Part shown: positions 49,409 to 57,415 of the stretch, in pieces
Layout: every line of letters begins with the position of its first letter
Numbering within the stretch: position 1 is the first letter of the stretch
Assembly: GCA_963575745.1 (NCBI GenBank)
Contig: CAUYUJ010000028.1
Coordinates: 62,001-119,415, forward strand
Source: Prorocentrum cordatum
Lineage: Eukaryota
Reading direction: 5' to 3'
Length of the DNA: 57,415 nt
Notes under the pieces: generated by a model
What the model was told of the DNA's origin: nothing
The model's database searches: none
What the model saw: the letters and a program-made list of their open reading frames with translations, nothing else
Program-made: the position numbers and the translations under genes

Positions 49409-50874
49409 ATGATGATGATAGTGGTGGTGAAGATGATGCTGGTGGTGGTGATGGTGGTGGTGTTGCTGGCGAGGGTATGGCGACGATGATACTGATTGTG
49501 GTTGTGGTGGTGATGATGCTTACGATGATTGGGATGATGACGGAAATGCCGGGGATGACGTCGATGACAAATATTATCATGCTGACGATGCAGCTGATTT
49601 TGATTGACTACGGCGGTGACGATGACGATGACGACGATGGTGCTGATGATGATGATAGTGATGATGATGATGATGATGATGATGACGACGATGATGATGA
49701 TGATGATGCTGACGATGCTGATGCTGATGCAGACGATGATGATAATGCTGATGCTGGTGGTGCTGCTGATGTTGATGATGCTTCTGACGATGATGAAGAA
49801 GAAAAAGGACAATAATGAGGTGGTTGAGATGAGGATGAGGATGAAGATGATGATGATGACTCTGGTGATGATGACGATGAGGATGAGGATCAGGATGACG
49901 TGGATGAGGATGAGGATGGTGGTGGTGGTTGACAGTGATTGTGATGGTGATGGTTGTGGTGCGTGTGCTGCCGCTGCTGCGGCTGATCGTGCTGATGATG
50001 TAAGGGCAGGAGGAGGAGGAGGCGGCGGAGGAGGATGATGAGGAGGCGGAGGAGGAGCGGGAGCGGGAGCGGGAGCGGAGACGAACGGGAGCGAGAGCAG
50101 GAACATGAGAAGCATGATAAGGAAGAGGAGTATGATGATGCTGATGATGATGATGCTGCTGATGATGATGACGATGACGGCGATGATGATGATGCTGATG
50201 ATGCTACTGCTGATGATGATGATGCTTGCTGCTGCTGATGATGATGCTGATGCTGATGATGATGAGGATGAGGATGAGGATGATGATGATGCTGCTGATG
50301 ATGATGATGGTGATGATGATGGTGATGATGATGGTGATGATGATTATGATGATGGTGATGATGATGATGCTGATGATTATGCTGCTGCTGATGAGGATGC
50401 TGATTATGATGCTGATTATGATGGTGATGATGCTACTGCTGATGATGATGGTGATGATGATGATGCTGCTGATGATGATGCTGCTGATGATGATCATGAC
50501 GATGATGATGATGACGATGATGGTGATGATGATAGTTATGATGCTGATGATCATGCTGATGATGATGCTGCTGCTGCGGATGATGCTGCTGATGATGATG
50601 GTGGTGGTGGTGGTGCTGGTGATGATGATGTTGATGGTGATGGTGATGGTGATGGTGACTATGATGATGATGCTGATCATGATGATGATGATGATGCTGA
50701 TGATGATGATGCTGATGATGATGATGATGATGATGATGATGGTGGTGATGGTGGTGATGATGATGATGATGACGATGATGATGATGATGATGCTGCTGCT
50801 GATGATGCTGATGATTATGATGATGATGATGATGATGATGCTGCTGATGATGATGATGATGATGATGATTATGG

Positions 50875-50933
<59 letters not shown>

Positions 50934-50946
50934 CTGATGCTGATGC

Positions 50947-50981
<35 letters not shown>

Positions 50982-50988
50982 CTGATGC

Positions 50989-51068
<80 letters not shown>

Positions 51069-51345
51069 ATGATGCTGATGATGATGAGGAGGAGGAGGAG
51101 GAGGAGGAGGAGGAGGAGGAGGAGGAGGAGGAGTAGGAGGAGGAGGAGGAGGAGGGGAGGAGAAGGAGCAGGAGCATGAGGAGGAGGAGAGAGGGAGGAG
51201 GAGGAGGAAGAGGAGGAGGGAGACGATGGGGATGACGGGGAGGGGAAGATTGAGGTGGAGGAGGAGGAGGATAATGAGATGGCGGATGAGAAGGAGACAA
51301 AGGATGAGGAGGAGGAGGAGGAGGAGGAGGAGGAGGAGGAGGAGT
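49080..51345. repeat. (GAT)n/(GGA)n tracts
   Basis: Directly visible. Confidence 0.95.
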
Positions 51346-51677
51346 CAGGAGTCAGGAGTCAGGAGTCACCAAGAAGGCGCGGGTCTGAGGTCCCTCGGAA
51401 GGGGCCTCGCGCGGCCCGTGCCCCTCAGCCGCCTGCGAGGGCGGAGGGCGGCGCTCAGCGGCGCGACCGAGAAGGCGTCGGCGACGACGAACGTGGAGAT
51501 CAGGAGGCCCATGAAGTCGAAGCCGAGGAAAAAACGGCTGGGCGCTCCAGCGCGCCCAGCTGCTCCCCATTAGGAGCTCTCGCCGAAGGGTAGGGCGGCG
51601 AACGCCCCAGACCCCCCGAAGGGGCGGCCGCCGACGGTAAGAAAAACCGTGCCCAGCACGACGACGGCGTACCAAAA

Positions 51678-52451
51678 TCAAGGAGGTCGATCGGGAACGG
51701 GGAGCCCTGCCGACGCCATCGCGGCCTCCGCGCTGGCGAGCTCCTCCACGGCGGCGGCGTACTGCAACGCCAAGTCGGCGGAGAGCTTCTCCGCGGCGGT
51801 GAGCTCCTGCTGCTCGCGCAGCCTCGCTGCGGTCGCCAATGCCTTGCGCCTGTGCAGCTTCAGCGCGGCCGTCGCCGCGACAGCTGCAGGCTCCGATGGC
51901 GGCCTGGGCTGCGCGCGAGCCAGTGGAGCCGCGCGGGCGGGCCCCCGAGCTCTCGGCGCCGCGCCGCCGCCGTCCGCTCCATCTCCCCCATCGTCGTTTT
52001 CCGAAGCTCCTCGCCTCGGGGCGGGCGGACCCCCAAAGGCAGGCGGGGCGGCCGTCGCCGCCGCCGCGCGCGGGGCCGCATCGCCCGCCTCCGACGCGGC
52101 CGCGGTGCGGAGCTCCTCCAGCTCGGCCTCGACCGCGGCCGCGTCGCGGAGCCGCTCCAGCTCAGCCTCGACCTCGGCCGCATCAGCGGCGGCGCCGTCG
52201 AGCCGAGGGGGGCCAGCTCCTCCATGAGCGTCATCGGCGCTGCCGTCGCCACGGCCGCCTGGCTCCGCGAGCGCCGACGCCAAGGCCGCGCCCAACCGGG
52301 TCGCGGCCGAGCCGCGATGGCCAGCGACCTCCGCGAAGGCGTCCAGGAGGCGTGCCACCACCCGGGCCTCAGCCCGAAGGTACTGCGCCCGGCGCCCGGC
52401 GGCGGACCGGTTGGGCCTGCGGCGGGCCCCGCGGGCGGCCGGCTCCCACAT
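51678..52451 (-). CDS. Hypothetical Ala/Glu-rich coiled-coil ORF (257 aa), possibly repeat-encoded
   Basis: ATG-initiated, coding-like composition, internal duplication DAA.VEAELE.LR; no recognised domain. Confidence 0.35.
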   Translation of the reverse strand: MWEPAARGARRRPNRSAAGRRAQYLRAEARVVARLLDAFAEVAGHRGSAATRLGAALASALAEPGGRGDGSADDAHGGAGPPRLDGAAADAAEVEAELERLRDAAAVEAELEELRTAAASEAGDAAPRAAAATAAPPAFGGPPAPRRGASENDDGGDGADGGGAAPRARGPARAAPLARAQPRPPSEPAAVAATAALKLHRRKALATAARLREQQELTAAEKLSADLALQYAAAVEELASAEAAMASAGLPVPDRPP

Positions 52452-52974
52452 CGGAGGACGAGGGGAGAGAGGCGCGGGCCCGGGGGGGAGAGAGAGGCTC
52501 CCGCGGCGCCGGCTCGGGCGTGAGCGGATGCTCGATCCGAGCTGGCGGAGGAGGAGGAGGAGGAGGAGGAGGAGGAGGAGGAGGAGGAGGAGGAGGAGGA
52601 GGAGGAGGAGGAGGAGCAGGAGGGGAGCAGGAGCAGGAGCAGGAGGAGCAGGAGGAGGGAGGAGGAGAGGAGGAGGAGGAGGAGGAGGAGGAGAAGGAGG
52701 GGGATCATCAATAGCTCGTGCACGCCGAGGGGGCTTCGAAGCGGCGGTTTCCAGCGCCTGGATCGGCCTCCCGCGGGCCAGAAGCCAGAGCGGATACGCG
52801 GCTACACGACGGCGGCACGCGCGCCGACCCGCTGCGAGCCGAGCCGAGCCCGCCGAGCTCAGCCAAGCTCAAAATGAGGAGGCGGAGGCGGAGGAGGAGG
52901 AGGAGGAGGCGGAGGAGGAGGCGGAGGCGGAGGAGGAGGAGGAGGCGGAGGCGGAGGCGGAGGAGGAGGAGGGA

Positions 52975-52999
52975 TAATAATAGTAATAATGAGTTGTCG

Positions 53000-53072
<73 letters not shown>

Positions 53073-54290
53073 ATAAGAAGACGAAGAGTACTAATAAGAG
53101 GAACTCTAATACTAATCAGAACAATAATACTAAGTACAATAATAATGATACTAAGACCAATACTAATAATACTAATGCTAATAATAATATTCATTATACT
53201 AATAAGAAGAAGACGAATACTACTAATACGAAGAAGAATAATACTACTACGAAGAATCATAATAGTAGTACTAAGAGTACTAATAATCACAATAATACAA
53301 AGCATACTATTACGAACAAGACAATAGTAATACGGATACTAATAATAATATGAATGCGAATACTACTACTACTAATAATAATAATGATACCAATAATAGT
53401 ATTACGAAGAAGAATAATAACAACCATAATAATAACACTACTAACATTAATAATACATAACAATGATACTACTACTAATACTAATACTACTAATAATACT
53501 ACTAATAGTAATAATGAAAATAATACTTTCAATCAGAATATTAATGATACTGCTAATATTATTAATAACAATAATATTAACAATACTAATAACAATAGCA
53601 CCAACAATATTAATATAATAATAGTAATAATAATACTAATAATAATATTAATAATACTAATAATAATATTAGAAATAATATTGACAATATTAATGGTACT
53701 AATACTAATACTACTAATAATAATGATACTATTCATAATAATAATACTATTAATGATAATACTACTGATACTAATAATAATAATAATATTGGTAAGATGA
53801 ATAATAATACTAATAATAACTATAATAATAATAATACTAATAATAATAAGAAGGAGGAGGAGGAGGAGGAGGAGGAGGAGGAGGAGGAGGGGAGGGGGAG
53901 GGGGATGGGGGAGGGGGAGGGGCAAGCTAGGTGCGCTCGCGTCATATCTGACGTCCTACCCCTCCCTCCCATCCCTTACCATGGCGCTGATTTTCTCTAT
54001 CCGCGGACGCGTGTCGTAGCGGACCTGTGGCTCCGCGCGCGCGTGCGTAGTGGGTGGTGGTGCGCGTGCGTGCGTGCGTGCGTGTGTGCGTGGTTGGTGG
54101 TGGTGCTGGTGCTGGTGCTGGTGCTGGTGCTGGTGCTGGTGCTGGTGCTGGTGCTGGTGCTGGTGCTGGTGCTGGTGCTGGTGCTGGTGCTGGTGCTGGT
54201 GCTGGTGCTGGTGCTGGTGCTGGTGCTGGTGCTGGTGCTGGTGCTGGTGCTGGTGGTGGTGGTGGTGGTGGTGGTGGTGGTGGTGGTGGT
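52975..54290. repeat. (ACT/AAT)n tract, then (GTGCTG)n/(GTG)n
   Basis: Directly visible. Confidence 0.95.
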
Positions 54291-57149
54291 GCGGCGCGGT
54301 GGTGGCGGGCGGATGGGCGCGCGAGAAAGAGGCCCGCGCTGGGGCGAGAACGCCATCCTGAACGACGGAGGCCAAACACCGATCCGAAAATGAGGCCCAC
54401 GCTGCAGCGGGAGCACGATTCGGAACGATTCGGGAGCAGAAATGAGGCCGGCGCCTCAGCGAGAGCAGCATTTTAGAAAAAACACAAGCGAAAACCCAAC
54501 TCCGGGGAATCCTGTGTAAAAAAACAGTACGCGGGGGGGTGCCGAATATCTTCCGGACGCCATCAGGGGAAGTGGGAGAGTATTTTCATATTGTGTAATT
54601 GTGGAGGCAGGAGGAGGAGGGAGGAGGAGGAGGAGGAGGAGGAGAGGAGGAGGAGGAGGAGGAGAGGAGAGGGAGGAGGAGAGGGGAGGAGGAGGAGGAG
54701 GAGGAGGAGGAGAAGGAGGAGGAGGAGGAGGAGAAGGGAAGAGGAGGAGTAGGAGGAGGGGGAGGCGGAGGAGGACAAGGATGAGCTGGCGGAGGAGGGC
54801 GAGCAGAATGGCCAGAGGCCGCTTGGCTGACTCCTGGAGTCTCCTCGTGAAGTCCGCTCATCTTTCTGTACATCTAGCCTGCTACCGTCTCGGCGGCTCA
54901 GGTCTTGGACATTGGACAGTCCTACCGGACAGCACTCGCACCGCTCATCGCGCGGCGCACGGGATGAAGGTTTTTTTTTTCTCTCTTCCCAATCGTCCTC
55001 TACCTACGGACACCACGGTCGGTTCGACTCTTTGGTTGTCAACCTCCGTACGCAGGTCAACAGCCTATTCTATTACGCTCTCCGTTGCGACACCCCGCGC
55101 CATCCTTGAGCCAGCCGTATGGCGCTGGACCCCACGGGGACCAGGGCCTGGCTCTTCGACGGTGTGCGGGCGTCGCGACGCCGCGGAGAGGGCAACGGGA
55201 CATAGCCTGACACACCGCAATCCCCCCTCCTAGGAGAAGGCAGCGCCGACGTTCGACTCGAAACAGAACTTGAAGCAGTCATGGACTCCTTCCCGTCTTC
55301 TGTGCCGGCGCAATCATACACCCCAGGGTTTGGACCTGGCGTGCAGTCGACCGTCCAGTCACCTGACGCCACCATTGGCTCAGAACCTTCGCCAGTGGGA
55401 ACACCAGCGGTCGCCCCGGGAACCACCGTTGGATTCGACTCGCCTCCTCCACCAACCTTCGCCGGTGGGAACGCCCGCGGTGGCGGGAACGAAGCGGCTC
55501 CTCAGAGCGCTTCTGCGCGACGCCACCGCTGGGGCGCCCGACGTCCCATGGGCCCCTCATCGGTCCCTGTGTCAGAACACGTGCGAGTCATCGAGGATCG
55601 CATTGAACGGACCTCACAGCGAAGAGCTCCCGACCGGTGTCGTTTCCAGTCTCAGCGTAGGGACAACAGCTGCAGCCCCTCCCAGAGGCGCTCGCGGCAG
55701 AATTCCCAGCGGCGCAACATCGCGCCACAGTCATCGCTTTCCGCCAGTGGTTTGGCAGAGCTCAGAGACCAGGCTGGAATTTACACGACCCAGCAGTTGT
55801 CGGGTCTTGCTACACAGACAGCGACGTAGAGGCAAGAAATCCAGAACTTTCTTGCCCTTGTCGACGCTCGGATCGCCGAGGATCGATCGATCGTCAACCA
55901 GGTCCAGTATCCAGTCGACCGTGTGGAATCACACCGAGGTGCCGACTCCATTGCCATCCAGACGCTACACGGCTACCTCCTCGCCGTCGAGGCCAATTCG
56001 TGGGCGTCAGGGATACGGGCGCTGCCGCTGTCAGGACTTTGCACAATGAGCTCCTGACAGTGCGGCTGGTTCCAGCTATTGAGGTACATGGGCTCACGGA
56101 TCAACTGTTCTGCGACTGCCTCATTGCGCTTCGTGACCACGTTGATGTGACCACTGCCAACCAACACTCGCGAAATACCGCAACCACGTTCGAGTTGCAC
56201 GGCGTGCTGCGTGATGCCGACGTGGCTATTGCTCAATGTTTTGATGATTCCGAGGGACGTGTGCTAGCGATTGAGAGCCGACAGTTACCTGATCCACAGG
56301 TTGCACTGGCAGAGTTGCATGTTGTACGGACCCAAACTGCGCAGCTGGGCACCCCGACTTCGGCTTGCGATTTCGCCCCCCTCGCCACCGAGATGGCCGA
56401 GGTAAGGAAGGCGGCGGACCACGTGCAGTTACGACTCACCCAGATTTCCCGCGAAAGAGACGCTGAAAAGGCACCGGCCGAGGAAGCCTTCGCCCGTTTG
56501 GAACAAGAGCGCGAAGCACACCGCCGACGAACCCAGGACTTAGGGCATCGGCCTTTTTATGGGCTTTCTTAAGCCATGTTGGGGCCCTGTTGCAAGCCTC
56601 TTGGGCTGTTTTGGGGTGGTGTTGGGGGCCTCTTGGGCCCCTTTGAGCGTCGGGAAGCCGCAAAGGCGAGAGCGCCAACATCTTTCGCACATCTAAGGAA
56701 CCTCAATAGTTGTTGCCTCTTGGGGCCCTCTTGGGAAGCCTCTTGGAGGCCTTTTTGGGCCATCTTGTGGCCATCTTGGGCGTCTTGGGCCGATCATTGG
56801 GCGTTTCGGGGCCCTCTTGGGCCGTCTTGCCGGCTGCTTGGGGCCCTCTCGGCCCGTTTTGGGGCCCTGTAGGGCACGAGCAATTTCACGCGCAACACTG
56901 TGGTAAATACCACTGGGCACGCGGGAAGCATTGGGAGATTTTAAGAGTCCAGGCCCGTTAAAGATGCTGCAAGAGTCAGGGCTGGGCCTTTATAGAAATA
57001 GGGCCCAGGACCTGAGGACACGCCCATTCCGTGCGCAGCGGCACGGTGTCGGACTTGTATTATTCTCAACAATCCTGTGGTGTTGGGTCCTCGTTTTGAA
57101 GAGACAGCGCCCCGCATCCCTCCTCTCCTCCTCCCCCTCCTCCGTCCTC

Positions 57150-57415
57150 CTACCACCACCATCATCATCATCATCATCACCATGATCATCATCACCATCA
57201 TCAGCATCACCATCATCAGCAAAATCATCATCATCGTCATCGTCATCATCAGCATCGCCATTGTCACCATCATCATGGTCATCGTCACCTTCATCATCAT
57301 CATGACCGTCATCACCACCATCGTTGTCATCACCGTCATCGGCATCGCCATTGTCAATGTCATCATCATCAACATTGTCGTCATTGCCACCATCACCGCC
57401 ATCGAAATCATCACC
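57150..57415. repeat. (CAT)n tract, opposite orientation to the rest of the window
   Basis: Directly visible. Confidence 0.95.

Noticed and set aside
55270..56572. Overlapping 180-260 aa ORFs
   Set aside because: No recognisable domain and inconsistent frames; probably decayed repeat sequence.

Overview
Repeat-rich, GC-rich eukaryotic genomic DNA, very likely dinoflagellate. The evidence is a perfect DinoSL spliced-leader core, GA/GC splice donors with AG|G junctions, and huge degenerate (GAT)n/(GGA)n tracts. Most ORF-track entries are microsatellite artefacts. Real content: (1) a full-length, intact non-LTR retrotransposon (3000-9060, minus; APE-RT-RNase H-Zn finger). It has a 15-bp target-site duplication, its 5' end is exactly the dinoflagellate spliced leader, and its ORF1 is entirely overlapped by the open ORF2 frame. 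(2) A ~1040-aa fusion gene (11901-15298): split TauE/SafE transporter + sulfotransferase + PP2C. It is preceded by a relict SL, and its single intron is a TIR element with a second, non-coding-context copy at 43.3 kb (introner-like). (3) Small exons of a multi-domain CGFS monothiol glutaredoxin scattered over 10.3-28.7 kb and missed by the ORF track. (4) A decayed S53 peptidase pseudogene, decayed LINE fragments, several satellites and a 100-N gap. All calls are from motif reading by eye; no database search was run.
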